Of a stretch of 64,000 bases of DNA, positions 35,407 to 48,217 are shown piece by piece. A program made the position numbers and the translations under genes. Within the stretch, counting starts at the first letter, position 1. Each line of letters starts with the position of its first letter. Below the pieces are notes generated by a model. The model searched no databases and was not told where the DNA came from. It saw only the letters and a program-made list of their open reading frames with translations. Source of the stretch: Podospora anserina (Eukaryota); NCBI GenBank assembly GCA_017654855.1, contig CM030337.1, positions 2,170,001 to 2,234,000 of the forward strand, given 5' to 3'.

Positions 35407-38400
35407 TCAGAACAACCACGACCGCCTGGCAACATTAACATGATCAACCCCACTCCACCTCTTCCCCCCCTTCATCTCCACACTTCCCCCCTCCTGCTCC
35501 CCCCCACCAAAATACTTTGCAAACGAATCCCCATCCAACCTCCAATCCTTCTCTCTCGGACCAACATAAACCCCAATCAAATCATCCTGCTTCCCCTCCT
35601 TCCTCTCCCTCGCCCACGTCTCCGGCTTTGGCGCCTTCAACACACAGACATCCTTCTTGCTGTCACCCGCCGCTTTGAGCAGCCTCTGCTGCAAGAGCTC
35701 GCAAAGCGCGGCGAATTCTTGTTCGTGCTCATCCTTGACGAACCCGCCCTGTCGGTAGTAAGCCCGTTTCAACAGTTCAAGCTGCCAGGTGGCCGTCTTG
35801 GCGAGGGTTTCCGGTTGGAGAGAAGGCTGTCCGCACAATTGAGGTTGCTGCTTCTTCTCCACATACGGCTGTCCACATGTCGCGCCGCCGACCTGGGCCT
35901 TCTTCCCCTCAAGGTAGGGTTGGCCGCAGGTTGGTTGGGAGTATAACCTGACGGGGCGGGACTCGTCCTGATCGTAGTCGCGAAGGGCAGCCTCGATTTC
36001 GCGGAGGATTTGCTCGTGGATCGTCATGCACCGGTCTACACGCTGGTTGGTGGTGTACAGCTCCGCCAGCATCCTCTGCATCTCGACAGTAACCGGGTCG
36101 AGAACGCCACGGGACCGACGGAGGTTGTAGCACATTGTCTCGCAGAGGTCGATGGCGGCAGAGACGTGTTTCGCGGCAACGTGAGCGTGAACCAACATCT
36201 TACCCACTGCCAGCACTCTTTCGGCGTTCCAGTTCTTTTGCACCTCGCGCGACTTCCAGAGCTTGAGGAGGAGGGACTCCAGCTCGACAAAATTCTGCTG
36301 GCTGCCAAGGAGTCTGACGATGCCGCTGATGTCCTCGTACTTGAGGCGGATGAGCTCAATGTTCTTGTCCTTGAGGATGGCGAACGCTTCCTTGGTCATC
36401 TCTCGTGAGAGGCGGAGGTATTCCTCCCAGAGTTTGGCGTCGTTGGGCCGAGGGACGTCGATGCCGGCCATGTACTCCGCCAGCTTGTAGGCGTAGTGCA
36501 CACGGGTCAAGTCGCTGTAGTAGCCCTGCCTGTGGGCAAAGTAGAAGGTGCACCGAGCCACTTCGAGTGCCTTCTTCCACTCGCCCGCCTTGAGCAAAGA
36601 GGCGACCTCGTCGTTACCGGCTTTGCAAGCAACGGCGTCAAAGTCAATCTTCTTGAGATCTTGCTGAAGGTAGGCGAGCACGGCGAGGTAATAGATGCGA
36701 GTGAAGTCGTCGTGGGTGGTGATGAAGCCTCCAAACTTGGTCTTGAAGATGTGGAAGAGCCTCTGGTCGAGGACAGCGCACATGTGTTCTTGCTTCTGCT
36801 CGATCCAGAAAGCGCGGAGCTTGGCGCCGTACTCGAGGACAAAGGTGGTCCTGCTGGTCTTGGACTCCGTCTCCCGCTTGTAGGCCTCGTAGAGGGTGAT
36901 CTCACAAAGTGCCATGGCCATCAGCTCGGTGAAGGTCAAGGCGTTGTTGTCGGTGAGGCTGTGCTGGAAGGCAAGGAGAAAGACGAGGGCGGTCTTGCTG
37001 ATGGTCTTGTTGTACTTGACGACGATTTCGACGCTGCCCTCGAACTCATACCCGCCAAAGATGGCGAGGTGGCGGAGCTGTCGGACCAGCTTGAAGCCGT
37101 GCTGGATGATCTTGGCGGTGACAAAGATGGAGGAGAGGGTCACGGCGGCATAGTACAAGTCAGCAGACTTGCACTCTTTCTCGGAGATGATCTCAACGAA
37201 GGCGATTTGGAGCAGCTCCAGGATCCTCCCATGCAACTTCTCACCACCAAGCCTCAAGTAGAGAACGATAACATCCTTCAGCTTGAGCAATGTCTCCTGG
37301 TGCCAGCAGCCGAGCGTGAGCTTGAGGTGGCGGTACGCCTCATAACACAGCTCAATGGCCCTGTCAAGAGTGGTGGTTGTAGTGGCACCGCCAGAAGTGA
37401 TGATCGTAACATAGACCTTTGAAAGGCGCTTCTTGACTGTGGTGACGGTCGTCTCCGTCTCTGTCACGGTGGTTGTCTTGGTGGTCTTGATCCGTGTGAT
37501 GACCTCCTCGTAAATCGTGACAGCCTCATGGTGATGCTTGTGGTTCTTCTCGCAAACCTTGGCCAAAGCAATCATTGCTGTGATGATGATGTAGGCTTCG
37601 GTCCCAAAACAGACTGTGACAACCTCACGAAACTTGACCGAGATCTCATAGAGGATGGACCACTCGACTTTGGCATGAAACTCCAGCACGTGCATGTAAG
37701 CCTCATAAACCAGAATGAGTGTCTCTTGCTCGAAGCGGATCTCCTTGTGGCAGTGGACAATCGTCTCCCAGAGGACGCAGCAAATCTGCTGAAGCTCAGC
37801 CCATCGCTGTCTCTCCTTGTAGAAGTGGATCAGGATCACAGCAGCCTTGATGGCATCGTGATGGCAGTGTTTCCGGCCCTTGTTAAGGATGGCGACAATC
37901 TCAATGTAGATGTCATAGCCCTCCTTGCGTCCCAGAAGCATGTAGTGGGCTGCCAAGGAGTACATGATCTTGATGGTGAGACGATGAGTGTGGCCGAGGT
38001 GCTTGCGGTACTTGGCAAGAATCTCGATGAACAGCTCAATGATCTTCTCATGGCGGTGGTGCTCCTCGTAGAAGCAGATGAGCACGGCGAGAGACTCCTC
38101 GGTCCTCACATCTTCCATTTGAAGGGAGATCAAGCAAGCGCGGAAAATGCGCAAGTAGATGGCTTCAGCCTTCTCAAAGAGGTACTGACGGTGGTAGCAG
38201 ACAGCAAGGCGTCTGGCAACCAAGATGCACTCTGTGACAAAGCGCTCCGACAGCTTGATGGTGACCTCTGCGGTCAGGATAGCCTTCCAGGTGATCTCAA
38301 GCGACTGCGTGATGATGACCTCTGCCTTGGACCAGTGTCCAATCTTGATGTAGAGATTAATGAGCGCCAAGCAAGACTTGAAGAACGCCTCATCCACCTT

Positions 38401-41400
38401 ACCTCCTTTGCATCGCTCGTAGTGCGCGACAAAGACCTCCCGGATGATGGTCTCAGTGACCTCAGTCGTAGTTGTGGTTGTGGTCTTGGTGGTGGTCGTG
38501 GTCTCGGTGATCTCCTCGACAACCTCGGTGATGAGGATGGTAGTCTCGTGTGCATCCTTGTGGTCACACTTGCCCTTGCCCTTGAACCACCCCCAGACCT
38601 TTCCAAACACCGAGATGGCAATCTGAAGAAGACCACACGCCTTGAAGAGCACCCCAATCTCCTTGAGAAGGACAATGATGGCCAACTCCTCAAACTTGTG
38701 GTGCTCATACTCCACCCACAAGCAGATGAGAATGTTTGAGGCCTCCTCATACCGACCAATTCTCCTGAGGAACTTGACATACTTGATGGCAATCTCGAGC
38801 TTGCTGATGTGCAGCTCAATGGTGGTGTGGACGCGGCAGAGCTCAGTGATGCGCCTCCAGAGAGTGATGTAGGTTCTCTCGGCCCAGAACCACTCCTCCT
38901 GAGACTCGTAGAAGAAGGCCAACTGAATGAGGATCGAGATACACCGGTGATCGTCGACTCGGAAGCCGTCGGCGGTTTCGAGATACCAGCCAACGTATGA
39001 GCTGATTTCCTTCTCCTTGACCTGACCCTTGAACTCAATCTCCAAGCCGCCAATGTATTCGGCCAGCTCTCTCGTCTTGGGGTGGTTCTTTCCAAAACGG
39101 CCAATGTAAATCTCCCAGATCTCCTTCTGAATGACTCTCGTCCGTGTGGTATCCTTGATGTCAATGTACAGCTTGGCCAACACCTCGAGCCACCGGATAA
39201 CAGTGTCGCTGGTGGCTCCGTGCTTGCCTTTGCAGATCTGGATCATGAGAATGATCATCTCCTCACGCCATGTGACAATCTCTGTGCGCTCCGTGATGGT
39301 GATGGTCTCGGTATACTTGAGAAAGTAGTGTGTGCATGTTACAACGACAGAGCTGGAGGTGGAAAGGATAACCTTCCCAAGCGAGACAGCTCTGTAGAAG
39401 AATTTGGCACCGGCCAATGCATCAGAAGCCTCAACATGGATATTGCCGAGGATGATGAAGGTCTGCAGGACACTGATGTGACGCTCGCCGAAGCAGGCCT
39501 CTTGAACCCTCAAAGAAAACTCATGGTGCTTGACGTGGACTGAGACGGGCTCGCCATAGAGGTAAGCCGACCTCTCCAGCAGACCAAAGTGGCAAGAAGT
39601 TGGGAAGTACTCGACAAAGTCCTTGCCCAAAACCAGCTCCCCATCAGCATAGAGGCTGGATGCCCGGAAGTGGGCTTGCCAGTGCCTGACGGCATAGTAA
39701 AGCAGGGAGTGTGTCTCAAAGTACCCGTCCACAAATCCATCATCAAGGCCTTCAAAAGAGGGCTCTGAGCCATCGGTAAGGCTGAGCTTCGAGTACAAGA
39801 GTAATGCCAAGGTCAGGTTCCGATGAGCATCTCGAACTGAGGGCAGCACCTTGCCATCCAACAGGGTCTGCATGTAGGAGCGGATGGACTTGCTCTTGAA
39901 GTGAACACTGCCGTTTTGGATAACGACAATGTCTCCGCAGGTTGACCTGATGCGTGCCACGACATCGATGGGGCCTCCAAGCTGACAGGTCTTGGTCTCA
40001 ATGCGCAAGAGCTCGCCCAACTCATTCACGCCGAGGGGTCTGTCGGCAGCAAGAACAAACGACAACAATGTCTGTGTGGTCTCATGCTTGAGGGAGGTCT
40101 TCGACACAAGCTTCTTGACGAGCTCGTCCAACGTGCCGTTGATGCCTTGGGCGGCCTTGACAAAGGCGTCAGGAGACTGTGTTGGCGCATCCTTGGCAAG
40201 CAGCCGCACGGCAATGTAAGCCCACAAGAACGAAGCCTTGGCCTTCTGTGTCAAGTCGTGGACTGTTCTCTCCTGAACCTCGGGACTCAGCTGAGTGAAG
40301 CCGGGAAACTTGGAGAAAGACTGGCGGAGGTAGCGCTTGATGTCACCATGGAGGTGCTGAGAGGTGATGGTGAAATGAGCGCATCCCTCGCTCAGATGTG
40401 AGATGGCACGCGACAAAGTAATGATGCGGACGTTCCTGTACTTGGCAACGCAAGTCCTGAGTTTGCCATGGAACTCAAGCGGGCTGATACTGCCAGTGAC
40501 ATCCTGGAAACCGTCGACAACGACGGCCACGTTGGTGCGACGATCGTCAAGTGACCGCAGACCCGATTCCAGGGCGGCCCAGAGAGAAGTCTCGAGCTTG
40601 GAAGAGCTGCGGTGCTGATCATACGACTCAAAAGCGCTCATCAGCTGCTCGTACAGCCCGACATTGCCCACGTTCTTCTCAAGAAGCTGGAAGAGGATGC
40701 TCTTGAGGAAAGCAAGAACTGTGCACCTGGAAGGGTAGTCATAGGCTAGAAGATTGGTCAGTTATCAGATCTTGTGTGGAAAGCAAGGCTCAAACTTACG
40801 GAAGCTGTAGGTAAGCGTAGTGTACTGTGTGTGATCCAAGGGTCTTTGAAGACGCTCCTTCATCCAACCGGCAAGAACTGTCTTGCCCGATCCAGCCTCA
40901 CCAGTAATAGTCAAAGCCTTCTCCTTGCCCCTGAGAAAGTTGACAAGAGGTGTTTTGACCCATTCACATGTGTCTTCGGCCCGCTTGACATTCTCAGACA
41001 CTTGGTCGTAAAAGGCCCCTGTGGCAGACCGATCGTTCTGAAGCCGCCTGCGAACAGCATCGACGCCAAGACTGTGAGTCCTGTTGCCCAACTTCAGCGA
41101 CCACATCTTGGCAATGATGGAATCTCTCCTCCTCCAGATGCCAGACACGTGCTGGCCAAATTCCGTCTCAAAGTTGATAACGACAGACTTGTGAGTGTTC
41201 TGTCCAAGGCTGCTGATCTTTTCTCTGTAAAGGATCGAGATCCGTCCAACCAGGTCAACGAGATCACAGTACAGATGAGCAAGGCTCTCCTTAACCTCCT
41301 GAGAGGCATAGAAGATATCTTGAATCTGGCTGACATTGGTGATCAGGATGGCGAGCTCGTAAAGTGCCTCAAAGGTTGGCACAAGGGCCTGAGCCTGCTG

Positions 41401-42133
41401 ATGTCCGATCTGTGATAGTCATTAGCGTTTGACCAAAGCTGCACATGTAATGACATACCTCGAGAAGAATCTGAGTGCTTCCCAAAGCGGTGATGGAAGC
41501 CTGATGAGCTCCAAAGCAGAAGTCTCCGACATTGGCTCCGAGGCCCCAGAGTTGAAGCCCAAAGAACTGAGCGGATTTGAGAACGCGGTCCCAATCACTA
41601 CCCCGACGGGGCATGTGGATGAGACGCTCATCGGAGATGTACTCGAGATAGGACTCGATATCGACATGCTTGAAGTAAGTCTCAGTGTAGTCACCAAACT
41701 TGTAAATGCGTCTCCGGATCTCTTTGCTGGTCTCGAGAACGCGAGTCAACTGTACGGTGACGGTAGACAGTTGACTCTGGGCGACGGTTGAGGTCGCGGA
41801 AAATGTCTCGTCGGCGAGGGAGGCAGTTCTCTCCGAATCGCTGTGCTCGCCGTCCGAGATCGGTGTGACTTTCACAGTCATAGGAGCATCGAGAGGCTTG
41901 CTCTTGACTGTGAGTCCACTGACGGACTCTTGGAGTCCGGCGCGAATGGTGTCCATGGCTGAGCGGTTCGAAGTCTCTGCTGGTTCTTCGTCAATGGTGT
42001 CGGAAACAAAAGATGATGCTGAGCTGCGCTTCCGAAGTCTTTTGCCTGGAGCGGGTCAAGGTCAGAGACTGGCTGGGGTTGCGAGTAAAGAAAAGCCCGG
42101 CATACCTGCAAATGTTTTTCTCAACCCCAACAT
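35407..42133 (-). CDS. Very large NACHT-domain protein with TPR-like helical repeats (fungal NLR-like)
   Basis: Exons 42133-42106, 42045-41459, 41409-40800, 40745-35407 (all GT..AG, frames verified), about 2,190 aa. TCEWV precedes Walker A GEAGSGKT; Walker B VAVVVDGFQD; ITLSR; ASFLWA; RPLGVNEL; LLYYAVRHWQAH; then helical repeats (WAERTYITLWR, YEEASNIL, FEKAEAIYLRIF, LGHTHRLT, LGCWHQETL). Confidence 0.9.
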
Positions 42134-43650
42134 AGTCGACGTTTATAGCATGGAAGACGGCACTGCTAGAGGAAGCTAGCCAAGTTCTTGTGTAGTAGCC
42201 AACAACGCCAAGAAGGATGTCGGGTCAGTACCTGAGTGGCTGCCCAAGCATGAAAAGGGAGCGTATTGTGACTGAGCTTGACGCCTGAAGAGACTCTTCT
42301 GCGGTTTGCCGTGCTCCTGAAAGGGACACAGGAGAGGAGCTCGGGGGGTTGGGCAGCATAGTATATGTAGTGGAAAGCAGCAAGCGTCTCCTGGATCCAG
42401 ACTTCCATGGACACAAGCCACCACAAGGTGTTTAGGGGCCACATTTGGAATCAGACCTCGCCTTGCCACTCTCGAGCTAGATCCTGGATCAAATGATCAG
42501 TATATTGTGTAGCTGAAGCGGGTGACAGTGGCTGCCGCGGTAGATGGAATCCGGAAATGACAATTTGGCCGTGGGATATTCGTCCAGGCAGCCCAAATCA
42601 ATGTAGTACAGACTCTCTGTATGATGTAGACATCACAGACCATGTCCGTTATCAGACGCATTTGGCCAATTGTTCGTGTCTATCGAGGTCGAGATCATTT
42701 GAAGTGGCGTCATGTCCAATCCCATGCTGTTGATAGCTTCTACGCTTCTGCAGGAACAAATGTCCCGGGTCTTCAGCTTTCGTGGGGAAAATTCCCTGTC
42801 TGGCGATTCCAGCCTGCTGGTTCTCGATAGTCATCGTCTTTCAGGTGACAAAAGCCGTTCCCGCAAGCCACGTTCTAACCGTGTTCGGCCCGTCGACAGG
42901 GGGTCTGCTGCACGGGGACATCCGAAGACAGCGGGATAAAATCAATATCGATGTCTAGACCTTTCCGTCTGGCCTCAGGTGCAATGCGAACTGGTAACAT
43001 TGGGCCAAGTTCCTGATAGGGATGCTAGCGTCGATCATTGACGAGCAGCTGAACTGGTCAAGCGCGCAGGCCGTGTTGATCACCCGCATCCCGCTCAGCA
43101 CACAGCCCCACTGCCCACGCGAGGTCAAGGAGTCGCCTGAAACCTGTTTCGCAGACTCCTCTGAATGTCGAATGGCGACATGAAGCTGATTTTTAGGATT
43201 CTTATGATGTTTGAGGAGGCTGTACAGCTGAGACGACAGTCATGTCAGGAGAACATCTTGAAACAAGGAACTTTCAGGCTGAGATGGGATTGAATAGCAC
43301 GAACCTCTGGTAGATGAGTCAGGGTAAGTGTTGGAGGGTCGAAGTTGGGATGGAATCAAATACCCTCAAGTTGAAGAAGACAAGAAAGAAAAAATCAACG
43401 AAAGAAATGCAGGTCTCTTCCTTCTAGAAGAAGTGGAGCAGTGCACGGCTGCAAACACCTGACAATCTGCTCTGGATGACGAACGGGAGGCACGATGGAA
43501 TAGTCAATGTCGGATTTTGATTATTGACAGATTACCTAAATATTGATGTTGTTTCCTCATCTCATCATCTCCCATATAAACTATCTACTTGTAAATATAC
43601 ATGCCAGGTTCTCGTTCCTCCCATCCCACCACCCTTTCTCCCCCAACAGC

Positions 43651-45625
43651 TCAAGCAATCGTCTTGCCATGATTCTTCCGCAAAATCTCGGCCGCAATCT
43701 TCTCAGCCAGGACATAGACCGTGCTCTGAGGATGCCCCGGCGGCAACAACGCAAAGCTACTCGCATCTACCACCCTCAGCCCATCCACACCAATCACCTT
43801 GGCTTCCTTGTCCACAACCGCCCAACGGTCATCCCTCTTCCCCATCCGGCACGTGCAAGAGGCATGCCAAATTGTCTGCACCGTATTCCGAATCACAGCC
43901 AAGATCTGTGCATCCGTCTTGACGTCCGGGCCAGGGAAGTACTCCTTTGTATCCGCCAACACGCCCTTCATAGCCTTTGACGCAAACGCCTGACGCAGAC
44001 GCTTGTACAGCGCGACAGCTACCTCCTGATCGGTCGGGTCGGTAAGCCACTTGGGATCGATGAGTGGGAGGTCCTTGGTATCGGCTGACTTGAGCGTGAC
44101 GGTGCCCCTCGACATCGGAGCAACAAGACCACCAAGGATAGTCGCGTACATGTACCCGTCCTTTGGCTGAGTGGTGAACAAGTTGGAGAAGTCACCAACG
44201 TAACCCGGGGCAGTCAAGTACTCAACCTCAGGCCAGTCAGGTGGGAACTGCCCATCCAGAATCGTCGAAGTATCCTTCGGGATCAGCCCACGTGGTACCT
44301 TCTCCCAGCCCAGGAAATCACAAACGGGATTGGTCAACGGGCCTTGCTTCTTGAACGTATAAGGCCCCGCAAACTCTCCCAACACAAACAATGGATCATT
44401 GGCAATCCTCGTCAGCGTCTCGACCTTGACCCTCCAGCTCGGCCCAAAGAAGACATGATCTTGAATCCCCTGTCCAACTCCAGGTCTATCCGCGATGAGT
44501 GGAATCTTGTGCTTCGCCAGCTCGACCATAGGGCCAACACCAGAAACCATCAGCAACTGCGGGCTTTGGAAAGCGCCGGCCGAGACGATAACCTCCCTCC
44601 TCGCCTTGAGAGTGTACTCGAACAGTCCAAAAGGCCTGCTCTCCACCACAACCCCGGTCGCCCGTTTCTTCTCATCAAAGACAATCTTCTTCGCCCGCGT
44701 CGTCATGTAAACCTTGAGATTTCCCCTCCCGGATGCCTCTCGCAAGAAAGAAGTCTGACTCGAGTCACGAGTCTGGGTCTCAGGCCGGATAGTCGAAGCA
44801 CAATACTGCGCGCCCATCAAACTCCCGCTGTTGAAGTCTTGCGTAGGTCCGATACCGATCTCGTTCAGCGCAGGTTCCATCCATGTGCTAAAAGAGTTGG
44901 CGTAGTTGGCATAAGACACTTGAAGGGGCCCTCCGCCAGTGGTGGAGAAGGCATTGATGTTGAACTCGGCCGAGGCATTCTTGAACCGGAGGTCCTCTCT
45001 GGGAGGTGTGAAGCTGACACTCCTCTTGAAGTGCGGCTGCAGCGCCTCCCAGGAGTAGCTCTCGTCACCGACGGCCTCTGCCCATTTCTGGTAGGACTGG
45101 ACGGTACCCCGCTGGTAGATCATGAAGTTTCTTGCTGAGCTGCACCGTCATTAACCACTTTTTCGATATCCCAAGATCACCGAGGTGCGTAACATACCTC
45201 CCACCAAGACACTTTCCCCTGGCATAATGAATCTTCCTCCCATTCGCACCCCTCTGGGGCTCGGTGACAAAGTTCCAATCAACCAAGGGGTTGGTGTCGC
45301 TTGGATCCGACCCGACAAACAAGACATCACCCACTGGCGTCTTTCCCAGCAAAGGGTTGGTGATCTGGTAAAAGCTCCCCGCTTCGACAACAGCGACAGA
45401 GATGCTCGGGTCCTCGCTCAGCCTGTTGGCAAGAGTCAAGCCGGCGGTGCCACCGCCGACAATGACATAGTCGAATTCCTTGGAGATGCCAAACTCCCCT
45501 TCGAGGTTCCTCGGCAGCGCCTGTTCGTGTGCTTGCTCAGCCTCGATGGGAACACCGTAGACGAGGTTTGTCGTCGCAACAACAACGAAAAGGGACAGAA
45601 TCCTATTGGTGCTAAGGAGATGCAT
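43651..45625 (-). CDS. Secreted GMC oxidoreductase (CAZy AA3_2-like)
   Basis: Exons 45625-45198 and 45139-43651. Signal peptide; FAD motif DYVIVGGGTAGL; YARGKCLGGS-SARNFMIYQRG; EVIVSAGAFQSPQLLMVSGVG; catalytic IWHASCTCRMG and PPGHPQST. Confidence 0.95.
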
Positions 45626-46359
45626 CTTCACGGGTCTGAGGGGATCAAGGGGGAAGATGGGGAGGGAGGAGGAAGGAGGGAGAGGGGGCCTGGAACCCGG
45701 AAAAAGGTCACATCACTGCAACACGCCTGCTGCTCCCCAGGTCCTTTATACCTACAATCCTACCCCCCGACCAACACACCGGAACCTGAACGACAAATCC
45801 AGACCAACTCGGCGATCTTGATGTTAGTTGCGGAGACGTCAACTCCGTCCTCCCCACGATCTCACTGCCCGCCCAGGCGCTAACGTCCTAAAACCCGGTT
45901 TCATTGGATTTGTTCGTCGTGATCGACACTGACTAGAGAAGCAGACGGTGGACCACTCTGTTGACCACAATCAGAATTGGGGAAGCTGGCACTGGCAAGA
46001 GTGCAGAATCTTGGTCACGACAACCAGAAAACTCACCTCTCTGGGTCCATCCCTTCTGCCCTAAATATGCACCGAACCACCCGCTAACAATCCCACGCTA
46101 AGCACCCTGACACCTCGGCCCAACAGTTGACGTTCAAGGGGGTGTCACTGTCAAGCTGTAAGGACCACCTAGGTTATTGGATCCATAACCACCAATAAAA
46201 TCATCATCCATCGCCGATCTTTGCTGCGAATAGAGTTCAATCGATCAATTCCAACATGTATCTACCCTAACTCCCCAGCCGTATTCGTACCTGCATTATG
46301 ATCATCTTGACTTCCCCCCCCCCAAAAAAAAAACCTCGGCTGTTCTAACCATACCTTCA

Positions 46360-48217
46360 TCAGCCCTTTATCCCCCCATCCCCCGTACTATCAACAACAA
46401 TGTCATCACGCTCAGTCGGTCGCCGTTGAGCCTTCACAACCCCCGCCTTCCCAATAACCCCGGACCCCCGAAAAGCTACCAAAACAACCACAAATGCCGC
46501 ACACCCCAACGCAAAATTCCACCACTCCGCTGCTCGCAGACCCGCGAGCGAAGCCGAGTCCCAAGGAATCACCGGCCCAGCCTCCTCGACATCAACCCCT
46601 CTATCATGCGCCATAACAGCCGTCTGAATCGCCGTCGCGACAGCCAAACCGATAGCCCTTCCCACCTGACCCATGGCATTAACCAAAGCCCCCCCCAAAG
46701 CCTGATCCGACTGAGGTAACGAATGGCTCGTAAACAAAATCAAAGACGGCCACGTAGTATCAGCTCCAAAAACCGACAAGACCATAGCCGGGAACCCATA
46801 AGCCCAATACGTCGTCTCTGGCGGAATCGGAGCAGCAAAGAGTATCGACGATATCGACACGCAAAACGTCCCCACCGCCAAAAGCAGGTAAGTCGGCACC
46901 CGCGCCAAAAGCTGGCTGACAACCAGCGCGGTGATGACCCCCATGATCCCCGTCGGCAGAAACCTCAAGGTCGTCTGCAACGTCGACAGGCCCTGAAAGT
47001 CCTGGTAAAAATACGTGGCATAAACCAGCAACCCATTGAAACTGCTGAAAAAGAGCGCCATGATCGCCATGGCAGCGCTGAATTTCGTGCTGTGAAAGAC
47101 CGAAACCTTCATGATCGGCGCGCGTTTCTTCGTCTTTTCCAGATGTCTCTGCCAAAACACAAACAACGTTACCAAGATAACCGAAACCACAATCAACACC
47201 GGTATCCACGGCGTCCTCCACCCAACTACATTTCCTTGTGTCAAGGCAAAAAGCAACGCCAGCAAGCCCACGGTAACCAACCCAGCCCCCAACCAGTCAA
47301 CCGAATTCTTCACCGTGACCCCCTCATCATGCAAAGTGTGATTCGGCGCCGGCAGGATAAAAAACGCCGCCACAGTCACAATGACAGCCAACAAACCCAT
47401 AATGACAAAAACCCATTTCCATGAGGTGTACTCCGAGACAAAGCCCGCGAGCAAATTCCCAAACACCGCTCCCACAGGGGCACCTGCTGAGTAACAACTA
47501 AAAGCATAGTTTTTCGCTTTGCCAGGTCGAAAGGTAGTTCCTAGGATTCCAATCGCCGTTGGAACGTTGGCTGCCGCACCCTGTAGACAAATGTTAGCAT
47601 GACTAGGCGGTAATTTCACCCATTGTTCAACCTACAAGCCCAGAAAGACCACGAAACAAATCAAAGGCGATTTCGTTTGGTAAAAAGGGATTCACCAGCA
47701 TGGTCATGGCGAACCAGGCCGAGCCAAAGATGAACATCCTTCTCTTGCCGTAGATGTCAGCTATCCTGCCCCAGAGGAGGAGGAAGCAGCCAAAGGTGAG
47801 GGAGTAGGCCGAGACGATCCATTGGAGGCGGGTGTCGGGGATGGAAAGGTCGCGGCCTATGGTTGGGAGGATGATGACCACTGCTTGGCCGGAGAGGGTC
47901 TATTTTAGTCGTTAGTTGTCAAGTCTGTGCATAGGTAGTGAAGGGAAGACGCGTACGTTGAGAAAACTCGCGCCTGTGACGGTAGCCACGAGGGCGATAC
48001 ATCGCGCTTTTGAGAACGGCAAGTCCGATTTGGGCGGTTCATCGTCGTCGTGTGGTATTTCTTGGGCGACGTTGGTGGTGTCGGTGAGCTCATCGCTTAA
48101 CTCCGAGTCATCCCCTTCCGATCTCGCTTGGATTCTCTCACGGGCCGACGATGCTGATGCTGACGCCGACTGCCGGTGCGGAGAGATCTTGTCATGGTCA
48201 ACTGCCGGTGTTGCCAT
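46360..48217 (-). CDS. MFS drug/metabolite:H+ antiporter (DHA2/Atr1-like)
   Basis: Exons 48217-47957, 47899-47636, 47580-46360. WIVSAYSLTFGCFLLLWGRIADIYGKRRMF (MFS motif A), WKWVF, VDWLGAGL and many hydrophobic helices. Confidence 0.92.

Noticed and set aside
36496-39164. Long alternative-frame and antisense ORFs (308, 403, 296 aa) inside the NACHT gene
   Set aside because: An expected consequence of strong C/G third-position bias; no independent coding signal.
42133-43650. Search for an amyloid-signalling effector partner (HET-S/HELLP/SesB-like) next to the NLR-like gene
   Set aside because: No such ORF or amyloid motif was recognised on either side; the neighbours are a tRNA, an LPMO and a GMC oxidoreductase.
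33238-48217. LPMO + GMC oxidoreductase + MFS as a functional cluster
   Set aside because: AA3 enzymes can be LPMO redox partners, but these genes are about 10 kb apart, separated by a tRNA and the NACHT gene, and all belong to large families. No shared regulatory motif or backbone enzyme is seen.
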